Shown here: piece by piece, positions 1 to 9,568 of the stretch
Layout of the letters: each line of letters begins with the position of its first letter
Numbering within the stretch: the first letter of the stretch is position 1
From: Desulfobulbus propionicus DSM 2032
GTDB taxonomy: Bacteria > Desulfobacterota > Desulfobulbia > Desulfobulbales > Desulfobulbaceae
Direction: 5' to 3'
NCBI RefSeq assembly: GCF_000186885.1
Contig: NC_014972.1
Coordinates: 930,001 to 962,000, forward strand
DNA: 32,000 nt
Program-made: the position numbers and the translations under genes
The notes under the pieces: model-generated
Told to the model about the DNA's origin: nothing
The model's database searches: none
The model's input: only the letters and a program-made list of their open reading frames with translations

Positions 1-344
1 ATCGCTTTCTCGAAATCCTCGCCCACGTAGAAACGGGCGATCAGCAGGCACTGGCCGGGCATGGAGGTGGAGTAGATGTACTCGACGCCGGGCAGTTCAT
101 AGAGCAACTTCTCCATGGGGACGGCCAAGCGCTGCTCGACTTCCTTGGCGGTGGCGCCGGGCATGGAGACCATCACGTCGATCATCGGTACCTTGATCTG
201 CGGCTCCTCCTCGCGCGGCAGCAGGGAAAGGGCCAGCAAGCCCAGCAGCAGCGAGGCGATCAACCCGATTGGGGTCAACTTGGAACCGACAAAGGCCGCG
301 GCCAGCCGTCCGGCAAAACCAGGATGGGTCGAGTTGCCGCTCAT
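1..344 (-). CDS. RND efflux transporter permease subunit, N-terminal part (runs off the window edge)
   Basis: Reverse-strand translation from ATG at 344 gives [92 protein letters not shown]..., typical of the AcrB/CusA-type N-terminus. ATGA overlap with the upstream adaptor gene. Confidence 0.9.
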   Translation of the reverse strand, partial: MSGNSTHPGFAGRLAAAFVGSKLTPIGLIASLLLGLLALSLLPREEEPQIKVPMIDVMVSMPGATAKEVEQRLAVPMEKLLYELPGVEYIYSTSMPGQCLLIARFYVGEDFEKA

Positions 345-1375
345 GGCTGAACCTGCAATGCCTGACCATGGACCAGCAGGCGGTTGTTGGTGGTGACCAC
401 GGTTTCGTCGGGCGCCAAGCCGGCGAGAATCTCGACCATGCCATCATGGCTGGCGCCAACCCTGACCAGACGGAGCTGGGCACGTGCGTTCTCGACCACG
501 AACACACGGTCCATCTGTCCGGACGGGACAAGGGCGCTGGCCGGCACCAGCAGGGATGGGGTTCTGGTGCCGGGCAGGAGAACTCGAGCGAACTGCCCGG
601 TGCGCAGGTCGGGATGGGCGGGCAAATCAATGATCACCGGGGCGGTCCGTGAATCCGGATCAGCCGCCGGCGCTACCTCGGCCACCGTGCCTTGGACCGT
701 CACCCCAGCCGCCGGAATCCTGACAGTGAGGACATCACCGGGCCGGATCTGCAGGACCAAACTTTCCGGAACCGCCGTGCGCACCTGTAGCAGGCGGTTG
801 TTTTCCAGCTGGAGAAGCGCGGTTCCGGGTGTGGCCAGATCGCCGCTGTGCGCATGCTTGCGGGTCACCACGCCGTCAAAGGGGGCGGTGAGGGTGGTGT
901 AGCCGAGCATGGTCTTGGCCTCGCGGTATCCGGCTTGGGCGATGTTGTACTGATCGGTCATCGCCTTGACCATGTCCGGCGTGGCGGCATTTTTTGCCAG
1001 CAGGTTCTGTTCCCGTTCCAGATTGCGGCGGGCCTGCGCCAGCTGGGCCTCCGCCTGGTTGAGCCGCGCGGTGATCTCCTCGGCGCTGATCGCCACCAAC
1101 AGTTCTCCAGCCTTGACCGTGGAGCCGAGCACCACCGGCATGCGGGTGATCACGCCGGTGATCTTGGCGGCGATGGAGGCACGCTCGGCCGCCTGCAGGG
1201 TCCCGGCCAGCTCGATGAGGGCCGCCACCTCGCCTGTCCGCACCTTGGTTACGGTCACCGGTACCGCGGGTGTTGCGGGTGGCGGCGCGCTCGCAGCCGA
1301 ACCGGGGACGAGGAACAGGATGGCGATGATCAGCGCAAGCAGGCGGATCTGCAAAGGAGGCATGACACGGGACAT
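341..1375 (-). CDS. RND efflux periplasmic adaptor (membrane fusion protein, HlyD/AcrA type)
   Basis: 344 aa ORF with a hydrophobic leader, coiled-coil hairpin ([66 protein letters not shown]) and lipoyl/barrel motifs. Located between the TolC-like and RND genes. Confidence 0.9.
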   Translation of the reverse strand: MSRVMPPLQIRLLALIIAILFLVPGSAASAPPPATPAVPVTVTKVRTGEVAALIELAGTLQAAERASIAAKITGVITRMPVVLGSTVKAGELLVAISAEEITARLNQAEAQLAQARRNLEREQNLLAKNAATPDMVKAMTDQYNIAQAGYREAKTMLGYTTLTAPFDGVVTRKHAHSGDLATPGTALLQLENNRLLQVRTAVPESLVLQIRPGDVLTVRIPAAGVTVQGTVAEVAPAADPDSRTAPVIIDLPAHPDLRTGQFARVLLPGTRTPSLLVPASALVPSGQMDRVFVVENARAQLRLVRVGASHDGMVEILAGLAPDETVVTTNNRLLVHGQALQVQP

Positions 1376-1377
1376 GG

Positions 1378-2721
1378 TTATTTCCCCTGATTGAATTGGC
1401 TCAGGCCGACCGCGCGGCGGAGATCGGCTATGGCGATTGCATGGGCGGCGGTGGCCAAGGTATGGCTCAGGCGGGCATCGGTGAGACGGTTTTCGGTGTC
1501 GATCAGCTCCGAGGAAAGGACCACTCCTTCCTTGAAGCGCAGGCGGGACAAACGGGCGCTTTCCTCGGCTGATTCCACCATCTTGCCGGTGACCGCGAGC
1601 CGTTCGGTTTCCTGCTGCAGGGCGAGCGCCGCCTGCTCCACCTCCAGATTGAGGGCGAGTTCCAGCTTGTGTTGCTGCTCCTTGGCCTCGCGCAGTTGGG
1701 CATCAGCCCGTTCGGTGGCGGCGCTGGTCTGCCCGCCGTTGAATAGGGTGTAGTTGAGGCGGACGCCCGTGGTCCAGGAGTTGCCGGAACCGTCGTCCAA
1801 TTCCGTGCCCTTGTCGACCTGGTAGCTGCCAAAGGCATCGGCGGTGGGGTAATAGCCGGCGCGGGCTTGACGCGCCTGGGCCTCCCGAGCTTTGACCAGG
1901 GCGGCCATGGCGGTCAGTTCCGGGCGGTTGTGGGGATCGCGCTCCCCCGGAATCTCCTGGGCTGGTGTGGCGGAGGGGTCGAGGGTCACGGTCTCGCCCG
2001 TGAGCCCGAGCAGATGGAGAAAGCCTCGCTGGGCCAGACGCAATCCATGCCGTGCCTGGATCAGCTGCTCTTCGGCCCGCGCCCGTTGCACTTCGAGATT
2101 GAGTACCTCCTCTTTCAGCAGACTGCCCTCTTCGAAGCGTGCCTGGGCCACGGCCAGCGAAGCGGAGATGGCCTCCAGGGCGGATTGGCGCGATCGCACG
2201 CTTTCGCCGGCCTGGACAATGGTACAGAAGGCGCGTACCACCTCGAATTCCAGCCGGGAACGAACAGCGGTCCATTCCTGGGTTACCGCCCGGTTGCGTG
2301 CGTCGGCCGCCTCCAGGGCCGCCCGGTCGTGGCCCCCGTTATAGAGCCGGTACTGGATCGAGGCCTTGGTCTGCAGAGTATCGGTCGTGCCCGGATCGTT
2401 AAAATCGATCGTGTCGGAAAACATGCCCTGGTTGAGGATGTTGCCGAAAGAATACATCGGGTTGTTGGTCCGGCTGTATTCGGCGCTCAGATTCAACTGG
2501 GGATAAAAGGCGGCCCTGGCCGCCTTGATATCGGCATCGGCTGCCTTGATGCGTTCCAGCGCGGCCCGCGCATCGGGATTGTGCTCGACGGCAAAGATCA
2601 CCGCTTCGCGCACGGCCCAGCGAGCGGGGGGAGCGGTCTGGCCAGCGGCGGCCGGTCCAGGGGAGAGGGTGAACGTCAGCAGACAGGCGAGCAGCAGCGA
2701 TCTGTTGCAATGGAGTGGCAT
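1378..2721 (-). CDS. TolC-family outer membrane efflux protein
   Basis: The ORF track extends to 2889, but the signal-peptide start MPLHCNRSLLLACLLTFTLSPGPAAAG fits ATG at 2721. Two repeated coiled-coil halves and a position first in an efflux operon. Confidence 0.88.
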   Translation of the reverse strand: MPLHCNRSLLLACLLTFTLSPGPAAAGQTAPPARWAVREAVIFAVEHNPDARAALERIKAADADIKAARAAFYPQLNLSAEYSRTNNPMYSFGNILNQGMFSDTIDFNDPGTTDTLQTKASIQYRLYNGGHDRAALEAADARNRAVTQEWTAVRSRLEFEVVRAFCTIVQAGESVRSRQSALEAISASLAVAQARFEEGSLLKEEVLNLEVQRARAEEQLIQARHGLRLAQRGFLHLLGLTGETVTLDPSATPAQEIPGERDPHNRPELTAMAALVKAREAQARQARAGYYPTADAFGSYQVDKGTELDDGSGNSWTTGVRLNYTLFNGGQTSAATERADAQLREAKEQQHKLELALNLEVEQAALALQQETERLAVTGKMVESAEESARLSRLRFKEGVVLSSELIDTENRLTDARLSHTLATAAHAIAIADLRRAVGLSQFNQGK

Positions 2722-2937
2722 GGGCGGTTTTTCCCGTGTGAAAGAGCGAGGTGATGGATATAGTTTTCCGCGCGATGAAAAGCGGACAAAGGGGAAGACG
2801 CGCTCGAGGCATGGTGGTTGCCCGAGACGTTTACCTCGGAAAATAGGGCGAAATCGTATCTTTTGCAATACCAATGCAGAGACGATCAACGGTTAGAGGA
2901 AGTGATCGAGCATTTGATCGGGAGACTATCAATGACC

Positions 2938-3444
2938 ATGAAGAAAAACATCAATCACATTGTTCTAGGCAGCGTTTTCGCGATGATGACGTTTATTGCC
3001 CAACCCTTGTGTTCCGCTGCGGAGCAGGCCGCTTCCCCGCCTGCCGAGGCCGTGCCCAAGGAGGAAGCCAGCAAATGGGATGCGGCCGGCCATGAGGTCA
3101 AGGAGGCCTCTGGCGCGGTGGCCGAGGCAACCAGGGACACGGCGGGAACCGCCTGGGAGGCCATGAAAACCGAGTCAGTGGACGTTTGGGAAAAGACCAG
3201 GGCCGGTTCTCGGGAACTGTTCGATACGGTGGGGGAAAAATCGAAAGAGGCCTGGCAGGTGACCAGGGAGGAATCCAAGGGGGTCTGGGAAAAGGGCAAG
3301 GCACTGATTCATGAGGCCACTGCTCCCCAACCGCCGGCAGCGGCGGATGCTCCGAGCCAGCCGACTGTTGGCGCGCCGTCCGCGCCTGGAGCTCCGGAGC
3401 AGACGGTTCCCCCCGCCACCTCTGTCCCGGAGCGGCAGCAGTAA
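2938..3444 (+). CDS. small secreted protein with signal peptide and 11-residue periodic charged/aromatic repeat (LEA-like architecture)
   Basis: Start MKKNINHIVLGSVFAMMTFIAQPLCSAAEQ (alternative ATG at 2932). Body has W/F at exact 33-nt spacing (3154, 3187, 3220, 3253, 3286) and a Pro/Ala-rich tail. Confidence 0.7.
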   Translation: MKKNINHIVLGSVFAMMTFIAQPLCSAAEQAASPPAEAVPKEEASKWDAAGHEVKEASGAVAEATRDTAGTAWEAMKTESVDVWEKTRAGSRELFDTVGEKSKEAWQVTREESKGVWEKGKALIHEATAPQPPAAADAPSQPTVGAPSAPGAPEQTVPPATSVPERQQ

Positions 3445-3461
3445 GCGTTGAAACCGTTCTG

Positions 3462-3510
3462 GCCGTGCACGGCAGGGGGCTGCCGTGCACGGCTCGCCCC
3501 GGAAGGGGGC
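3462..3510. repeat. perfect 14-bp inverted repeat with GGGG loop (3462-3475 / 3480-3493) followed by a GCCCC/GGGGC hairpin (3496-3510), between convergent genes
   Basis: GCCGTGCACGGCAG-gggg-CTGCCGTGCACGGC, then GCCCC-ggaag-GGGGC. Read directly from the sequence. Confidence 0.8.
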
Positions 3511-3524
3511 ACGCCGGTTGGTAC

Positions 3525-4913
3525 TCAGAGATCGAAGGATTCGTGCAGGCCGGGCATCTCCACCTTGGTGTCGGTCAGACGGCTGGCCAGGGCCTGCATG
3601 GCCTCCTGTTCGCCGTGGACGAGAAAGGTGCGCTCGGGGGAACCGGTGCGACCGTGCCAGGCGAGCAGTTCCCGCTGGTCGGCATGGGCGGAGAATCCGC
3701 CGATGGTGTAGATCTCGGCGTTGACCTCGACATCTTCCTGCAGGACCCGCACCACCTCCTCGCCCTCGATGATCCGTCGCGCCAGGGTGCCCTCGGCCGC
3801 ATACCCGACAAACACCACCGATGCTTCGCGCCGCCAGAGATTGTGCCGCAGGTGGTGACGGATGCGGCCGCCGGTGCACATCCCGGATCCGGCGATGATC
3901 ACCGCGCCTCGGACATGCTTGAGGGCCATGGATTCGGTGGTGTCGCGGATGATCTCCAGGCCTGGCAGCTCAAAGGGATCTTGACCGGCGGAAATGACCG
4001 CCCAGGTTTCTTCGTCAAAACATTCGCGATGCCGCCGGAAGATCTGGGTGGCGGAGATGGCCATGGGCGAATCGAGATACACCTGGAGATGGCGCGGCAG
4101 CCGTTGCTGCTCAATGCCCTCGCGCAGGTAGTAGAGCAGTTCCTGGGTGCGCTCCAGGGCGAAACTGGGGATCAGGACATTGCCGTTGCGGGCGATGGTG
4201 GTGTTGATCGCCTGAAAGAGTTCCTCGATCGAGGGTTCCAGGCGTTTGTGCAGCCGATCGCCGTAGGTGGATTCCATGATCACGGTGTCGGCCTGTGGCG
4301 GCGTGGCCGGATCAGGGAGGATGGCCCTGCCGTCGTAGCCGAGATCCCCGGAAAAAAGGACCCGCCGTTGGTGGGTCCCTTCGGTCAGCTCCAGGAGAAT
4401 GCAGGCTGAACCGAGGATGTGGCCGGCATCGTAGAAGGTGGTCCGGATGCCTGGGCAAAGGTCGTGGGGTTGATCAAAGGCGGCGATATCGACAAAGGCA
4501 TCCAGGGCATTGAGGGCATCCAGGGTGTTGTACAGCGGCTCGAACGTCGCTTCTCGGTTCCTCCGCTTGCTGGCCTTGTAGTTGCGGTAGCGGGCCTCCT
4601 CCTCTTGGATTCGGGCCGAGTCGAGCATCACCAGCCGGGCCAGTTCCCGGGTGGCCGCGGTGGTCAGCACCGTCCCGCGGAAACCAAGCCGGTGCAGCAG
4701 GGGGATGCGGCCGCAGTGGTCAAGATGGCCGTGGGTGAGCAGCAGGTAGTCGATCGAGGCGGGATCGAAGCCGAAATCGTTGCTGTTTTCCTCGTCCATT
4801 TCGCGGTTGCCCTGGTAGAGGCCGCAGTCGATTAAAATTCGTTTGTCCCGGCACTCGACCAGGTGGCAGGAACCGGTGACGTTGCGGGCGGCGCCGTGAA
4901 AGGTGATGCGCAT
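3525..4913 (-). CDS. MBL-fold metallo-hydrolase with beta-CASP/RNA-specificity domain
   Basis: 462 aa; motifs TFHGAARNVTGSCHLVE, LLTHGHLDHCGRIP, GDLGYDGRAILPDP, ESTYGDR, IPSFALERTQELLYYL, GGFSAHADQRELLAW. Confidence 0.92.
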   Translation of the reverse strand: MRITFHGAARNVTGSCHLVECRDKRILIDCGLYQGNREMDEENSNDFGFDPASIDYLLLTHGHLDHCGRIPLLHRLGFRGTVLTTAATRELARLVMLDSARIQEEEARYRNYKASKRRNREATFEPLYNTLDALNALDAFVDIAAFDQPHDLCPGIRTTFYDAGHILGSACILLELTEGTHQRRVLFSGDLGYDGRAILPDPATPPQADTVIMESTYGDRLHKRLEPSIEELFQAINTTIARNGNVLIPSFALERTQELLYYLREGIEQQRLPRHLQVYLDSPMAISATQIFRRHRECFDEETWAVISAGQDPFELPGLEIIRDTTESMALKHVRGAVIIAGSGMCTGGRIRHHLRHNLWRREASVVFVGYAAEGTLARRIIEGEEVVRVLQEDVEVNAEIYTIGGFSAHADQRELLAWHGRTGSPERTFLVHGEQEAMQALASRLTDTKVEMPGLHESFDL

Positions 4914-4946
4914 CTTTTCCTCCGGTGTGGATTCGGAATGGGATTG

Positions 4947-6026
4947 TTACCGGGTGCCTCGCAGAACGATGGTGACCCGGCGGTTCAGCTGACGACCTTC
5001 CTCGGTGGCATTGGAGGCCACCGGGTTGGCGTAGCCGTACCAGTAGAGCAGTATCCGGTCCTTCTTGATGGTGAATTTTTTCTGCAGATAACGTCGAACG
5101 CTTTCGGCCCGCCGCTGGGAGAGGCGGATATTGTAGGCCTCGCTGCCAAGGCTGTCGCAGAATCCCGACAGCACCACATAGACATGCGGATTGGCGACCA
5201 GCAGGCGGCCCAGCTGGTCGAGTTGGGCGTGATGCTCGGGGCGGATAAAGGCCTTGTCGAAATCAAAGAGGATATTGTTGAAACCATTGGCCTCGGTATC
5301 CATGTAGAGTTTGCCCAGGAGATGCTCAGGGTGGGTGTAGGCGGTGTCGAAATCGATCACCAGGGAACAGCTGTTGACCGCGGCGATGTCTTCTAGCAGT
5401 TTCCGCTCCTTGGCGTCGCGGGCGCTGGAAACGATGTTGAAACAAATATCGTATTTGCTGGCCAGCATCCGCGCCTCGGTCAGGGGTTGCGGTTCCAGGC
5501 CGGGATAGGTCATGTGTTTGCCGTCGGAAAAGAGGAAGATTTCGGTGCGGCCAGGCAGACCGAGCAGATGCTCCAGTTTCATCAGTCCGGTTTGGAGCAT
5601 CGGCGGACTCTGCGGCGTGATCGGCAGTTGTTCGATGGCGCTGGCGTAGTCCTGTTTGCGGTAATTCTGCAGGCGGTAATAGGGTTTGAAGGCGTAGGGC
5701 GAGGCGGGCAGCCACAGTTCCCCCTTCCAGTGGGGGTAGAGGCCGGCCTGCCAGTTGAGCGGGGGAAGCGAGGCGTTGCTTTCGCGCAGAATCTGCTTCT
5801 GCGCCTCGATCCGGGTCAGACCGGTGGTTTTGTACGGTACGTCCATGGCGGTGGACGGATCGTAAAAGATGAAGAAATTTTCGGCCATGCGGACATAGCG
5901 GCCATCCTGCGAGACCTGGGGGGTGGCGCCCGATTTGGGGGATGTCGCGGCGGCGGACAAGGGGCGCGCGGCAACCAGCAGCAACAAGAGGATAACGACA
6001 AGGGGCAGGGGGGAACGGTGATTCAT
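4947..6026 (-). CDS. OmpA-family protein with N-terminal vWA-like region
   Basis: Signal peptide MNHRSPLPLVVILLLLLVAARPLSAAA. C-terminal OmpA motif (LSGFCDSLGSEAYNIRLSQRRAESVRRYLQKKF...NRRVTIVLRG). Centre has FYDPSTAM ... TEIFLFSDGKH. Confidence 0.85.
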   Translation of the reverse strand: MNHRSPLPLVVILLLLLVAARPLSAAATSPKSGATPQVSQDGRYVRMAENFFIFYDPSTAMDVPYKTTGLTRIEAQKQILRESNASLPPLNWQAGLYPHWKGELWLPASPYAFKPYYRLQNYRKQDYASAIEQLPITPQSPPMLQTGLMKLEHLLGLPGRTEIFLFSDGKHMTYPGLEPQPLTEARMLASKYDICFNIVSSARDAKERKLLEDIAAVNSCSLVIDFDTAYTHPEHLLGKLYMDTEANGFNNILFDFDKAFIRPEHHAQLDQLGRLLVANPHVYVVLSGFCDSLGSEAYNIRLSQRRAESVRRYLQKKFTIKKDRILLYWYGYANPVASNATEEGRQLNRRVTIVLRGTR

Positions 6027-6156
6027 GGTGTCAGCTCCTGGGGTGGCCTGCATCGTGGCTGCATTCCCAACGGATGCGCGGATGGATGCGTTTCCCTGAG
6101 TATACCCGCCCCCCGGAGGCTGTCAAGGCAGGGGGGCGCGTGCCGCATGCGTTGTT

Positions 6157-6504
6157 TTAGCCCCTCTTTCGCGTCGGCACCTGTGGTGGGAGGACGATGA
6201 TGGTCTCGGTCAGGCCGGCAAACCGGCCCGCCTGGTACCACGGTGTCTGGTGCACCAGTTTGCGCACGCCGTTTTTTTCGGTAAAGTAGATGTTGGCCCG
6301 CTGTTCCTGCAAGAGTCGGCGGATGATGGCGTTGGCCGGTTCCGGATGGCAGGCAAACAAGCTGGTGCCGATCAGGCGCTCGCCCCCATCCTTGGCGAAC
6401 AGGTCCCTGGCCATTCGGTTCATGGCGATAATCGTTCCTTGGGTATCGCAAACGCTGACTGCGGCCGGATAGTGCTCCACCCAGTCAAAAGTTGTGGTGT
6501 GCAT
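6157..6504 (-). CDS. stand-alone PAS-domain protein
   Basis: MHTTTFDWVEHYPAAVSVCDTQGTIIAMNRMARDLFAKDGGERLIGTSLFACHPEPANAIIRRLLQEQRANIYFTEKNGVRKLVHQTPWYQAGRFAGLTETIIVLP resembles a PAS fold. ATG at 6504 preferred over the longer track ORF. Confidence 0.65.
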   Translation of the reverse strand: MHTTTFDWVEHYPAAVSVCDTQGTIIAMNRMARDLFAKDGGERLIGTSLFACHPEPANAIIRRLLQEQRANIYFTEKNGVRKLVHQTPWYQAGRFAGLTETIIVLPPQVPTRKRG

Positions 6505-6536
6505 AAAAATGTGTGGGGCAAAAGGGGGGCCGCCGC

Positions 6537-7127
6537 TCAGAAGCGGCCTAGTTCCTCGGGGCCAAAGGGCAGCCAGTGGAAGAGATGCTGCTCCAGGGTG
6601 AGGCATTTGTTGAAGTTTTCTCGGATCAGCTCCCGCCGGTTGGGATTGTTTTTGCCATAATGCTCAAGGATATACTCCAGTCGCTCGTCAAGGTTGACCA
6701 CCACGTTGTGCCGCACCCGTTTGTCGGCGTAGTAGACGATCTCCCGGGCGGTGAAATGACCGTTCCGATACCGCAGGGGATCGTAGTCCCAGAGCAGTAC
6801 GTGTTGCTCGACGATGGCGGCGATTTCCGGATAGCCGTGCTGTCGGCAGATCTCGGCCCCGGCCTTGGCATGATCGCGGTCGCTGCCCAGGCAGGGGGTC
6901 TTGGCGATGTCGTGGAGCAAGGCGCCGCTGATCACGAGGTGTCGGTCCGCCTGGGGCCGATCCGGGGCCACGGCGGCCAACCCGGCCTGCAGTTGTTCGG
7001 CCAGCCGGGCCACCACCAGAGAGTGATGGCGGATATTGCCCAGCATGCCGTATTGGTCCATGAGCTGGATACAGTCAGCGAGCGAGGGCAGAACTGGGTT
7101 GGTCTGCACGGCGGGCAAGGGAAGCAC
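6537..7127 (-). CDS. HD-domain phosphohydrolase-like protein
   Basis: HHSLVVARLAE ... ALLHDIAKTPCLGSDRDHAKAGAEICRQHGYPEIAAIVEQH. GTG start at 7127 lies 11 bp after the upstream hemE stop; start inferred. Confidence 0.8.
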   Translation of the reverse strand: MLPLPAVQTNPVLPSLADCIQLMDQYGMLGNIRHHSLVVARLAEQLQAGLAAVAPDRPQADRHLVISGALLHDIAKTPCLGSDRDHAKAGAEICRQHGYPEIAAIVEQHVLLWDYDPLRYRNGHFTAREIVYYADKRVRHNVVVNLDERLEYILEHYGKNNPNRRELIRENFNKCLTLEQHLFHWLPFGPEELGRF

Positions 7128-7137
7128 CGTGGCCGTT

Positions 7138-8163
7138 TTAGGGCTTGCCGCTGAAACGGTGGACGGCCTCGACCGCGATCCGCACCTGCTCGGGCGGAGT
7201 CTCCGGCAGGATACCGTGACCGAGGTTGAAAATGTAGCCCCGGGCGTCACGGGCATCGGTCAACATGGCGTGGATCCGCTCTTCCAGCCGTTCCTTGGGG
7301 AGAAAGAGGGCCAGCGGGTCAAGGTTGCCCTGGACCGCATGGCGGCCGGAGCGGGCCGCAGCCTCGCCAATGGGCAGGCGCCAGTCGAAGCCAAGCACGT
7401 CGGCGCCCACGGTGGTGGTCATTCGGGTCAGCGTGGCACCGTTATTGGCGAAATAGATGATCGGCACGTCGGTGGTCGCCCGCAGGTCGGTGATGATCGA
7501 GCGCACGTAGGGCAGGGCGAACTCCTCGTAATCGCAGGGGGCAAGGATGCCCACCCAGGAGTCGAACAACTGCAGGGCCTGGGCGCCGGCACGAGCCTGG
7601 GCCTGGAGGTAGGCACTGGTGCAGGCGGTGATCTTGGCCATCAGGTTGTGGTAGAGCCTAGGCTCCCGGAACATCATCTTTTTGGTGTTGAGGAACACCT
7701 TGGAGCTGCCGCCTTCGATCAGATAGGTGGCCAGGGTGAAGGGCGCACCGGCAAAACCGATCAGCGGCACCCGCAATTCGCGGCGCAGCAGGCGGATGGT
7801 TTCCAGGACAAAGGGAACCGCTTCTTCCGGCACGGGCACCACCAAGTCATCCACCGCCTTCTGGCTGCGTACCGGATCGGCAAAGATCGGTCCCCTCCCT
7901 TCGTGGAATTCAAGGGACAGGCGCATCGCCTCCATCGGAATGAGGATGTCGGAAAAGAGGATGGCTGCGTCAAAGCCAAAAAGGTCGACCGGCTGCAGGG
8001 TCACCTCGGTGGCCAGTTCCGGGGTCTTGCACAGTTCAAGGAAGCTGACCTGGCCGCGGACTTTCTGATATTGGGGCAGGTACCTGCCGGCCTGGCGCAT
8101 GAACCAGACCGGGGTGTAGGCGGTGCGTTCACCCCGGCAGGCTTGAAGAAAGGTGTCGTTCAT
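7138..8163 (-). CDS. hemE: uroporphyrinogen decarboxylase
   Basis: [33 protein letters not shown]... (UroD signature), [33 protein letters not shown]. Start at 8163 matches the known N-terminus. Confidence 0.95.
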   Translation of the reverse strand: MNDTFLQACRGERTAYTPVWFMRQAGRYLPQYQKVRGQVSFLELCKTPELATEVTLQPVDLFGFDAAILFSDILIPMEAMRLSLEFHEGRGPIFADPVRSQKAVDDLVVPVPEEAVPFVLETIRLLRRELRVPLIGFAGAPFTLATYLIEGGSSKVFLNTKKMMFREPRLYHNLMAKITACTSAYLQAQARAGAQALQLFDSWVGILAPCDYEEFALPYVRSIITDLRATTDVPIIYFANNGATLTRMTTTVGADVLGFDWRLPIGEAAARSGRHAVQGNLDPLALFLPKERLEERIHAMLTDARDARGYIFNLGHGILPETPPEQVRIAVEAVHRFSGKP

Positions 8164-8227
8164 TGCGGTGTGTTGAGCTTGGGGTTGCCGGCATCGGGCC
8201 GGTTGATTTGCCTCGGGCGGTGGGGGT

Positions 8228-9280
8228 TCATCGCCGCGGCTGGTAGGCGCAGAACGGCTCGCCAGCCAGATAATCGCCGGTGACCGCGTAGGCACGGGCC
8301 CGGCAGCCGCCGCAGACCTGGATGTACTCGCAGCGGCCGCAGTTATCCTTGTAGCCGGCAAAGTTGCGCAGATCAAGCATCAGTTGGGAGTTTTCCCAGA
8401 TGTCCTGAAAGGACTGGGTGCGCAGGTTGCCGGCTGCCAGGGGGAAATAGCTGCAGGGCAGGACGTTGCCGTCAACGTCGATCAGGCAGATCAGCTGTCC
8501 TGCCAGGCATCCCTTGGAACCGCCTGTGGAAAAGGAAAGGGTCCGCCGCTTGAACTGTTCGCCTTCAGCCTTGGAACGCTGGAGCACGATCCGGTAGTAC
8601 TGGGGGGCGCAGGTGGGCCGGACCAGCAGGTCCTGCTCTTCTTTTTCCATGTCGTAATGCCAGTTCAGGATCTTCTCGTATTCTTCCGCCGGGATCAGCT
8701 CTTCCATGATTTCCTCGCCGCGACCGGTGGGCACAATCATGAACAGGTACCAGGCGGTGGCGCCCAGGCTTTTCACCAAGTGGTAGATTTTGGGTGCTTC
8801 CGCCTTGTTGCGCTTGGTAAAGGACGAGTTGATCAGAAAATCGATCTGGTGCTCGTTGAACAGGCGAATGGCGTTCATCACCCCGGCAAAGGCGCCGGGC
8901 TGGTTGCGAAAATCGTCATGCACCTCGGCTGTGGAGCCGTCGAGGCTCAGCGAGACCATTCTGATACCGGATTGCTTGATGTCGCGGCAAGTCTCGGCGG
9001 TCACCAGCGAACCGTTGGTGGCCAGGCATATGCGCAGGCCCAGGCTGGTGCCGTGGGCGGCGATTTCAAACACATCCGGCCGCAGCAATGGTTCGCCGCC
9101 CGAGAGCACCACGACCGGGTTGGCATAGGCGTGGATCTCGTTCAGCACCCGCTTTGCCTCGGTCAGGCTGAAATCGGGGTGGCCGTCGATCTCCAGTTGG
9201 GAGGAAGAGCGGCAGTGGACACAACGGAGGTTGCAGCGGCGGGTGATTTCCCAGGCGATCCACTTGGGTGTGAATTCCAT
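8228..9280 (-). CDS. radical SAM/SPASM protein, similar to the heme-biosynthesis AhbC/AhbD group
   Basis: CNLRCVHC cluster motif, [55 protein letters not shown] and [31 protein letters not shown] (SPASM). Adjacent to hemE. Confidence 0.8.
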   Translation of the reverse strand: MEFTPKWIAWEITRRCNLRCVHCRSSSQLEIDGHPDFSLTEAKRVLNEIHAYANPVVVLSGGEPLLRPDVFEIAAHGTSLGLRICLATNGSLVTAETCRDIKQSGIRMVSLSLDGSTAEVHDDFRNQPGAFAGVMNAIRLFNEHQIDFLINSSFTKRNKAEAPKIYHLVKSLGATAWYLFMIVPTGRGEEIMEELIPAEEYEKILNWHYDMEKEEQDLLVRPTCAPQYYRIVLQRSKAEGEQFKRRTLSFSTGGSKGCLAGQLICLIDVDGNVLPCSYFPLAAGNLRTQSFQDIWENSQLMLDLRNFAGYKDNCGRCEYIQVCGGCRARAYAVTGDYLAGEPFCAYQPRR

Positions 9281-9568
9281 AATGATTTTCAGTCCGGGCC
9301 GGATTGAAGGAGACGTACAGAGGCCGGCCGGTGAGGCTTGGATGCGAAGCCCCTCTCTGTTTTCCTTGCAGTGATAAAAAAGTTGCAGCCAGATGAACGG
9401 GTTGGAATATATTCGCGATAAGCGGCAGGGTCAACAGCTTTATCGGATGGTTGTCGAGGTGTTGCTGCCGGGAAAAATTAATAGTGGTGAAAAATTCTTT
9501 AATGTATATATTAAGTTACAAATGACCGACGACGATGTTCTCTCTTCTTTCACCCAAGGAGGTTCTGT

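Noticed and set aside
3465-4409. 314 aa open frame on the + strand
   Set aside because: Antisense to the beta-CASP hydrolase; shadow ORF with His/Gly/Asp-rich composition.
7036-8283. 415 aa open frame on the + strand
   Set aside because: Antisense to hemE and part of the HD-domain gene; shadow ORF.
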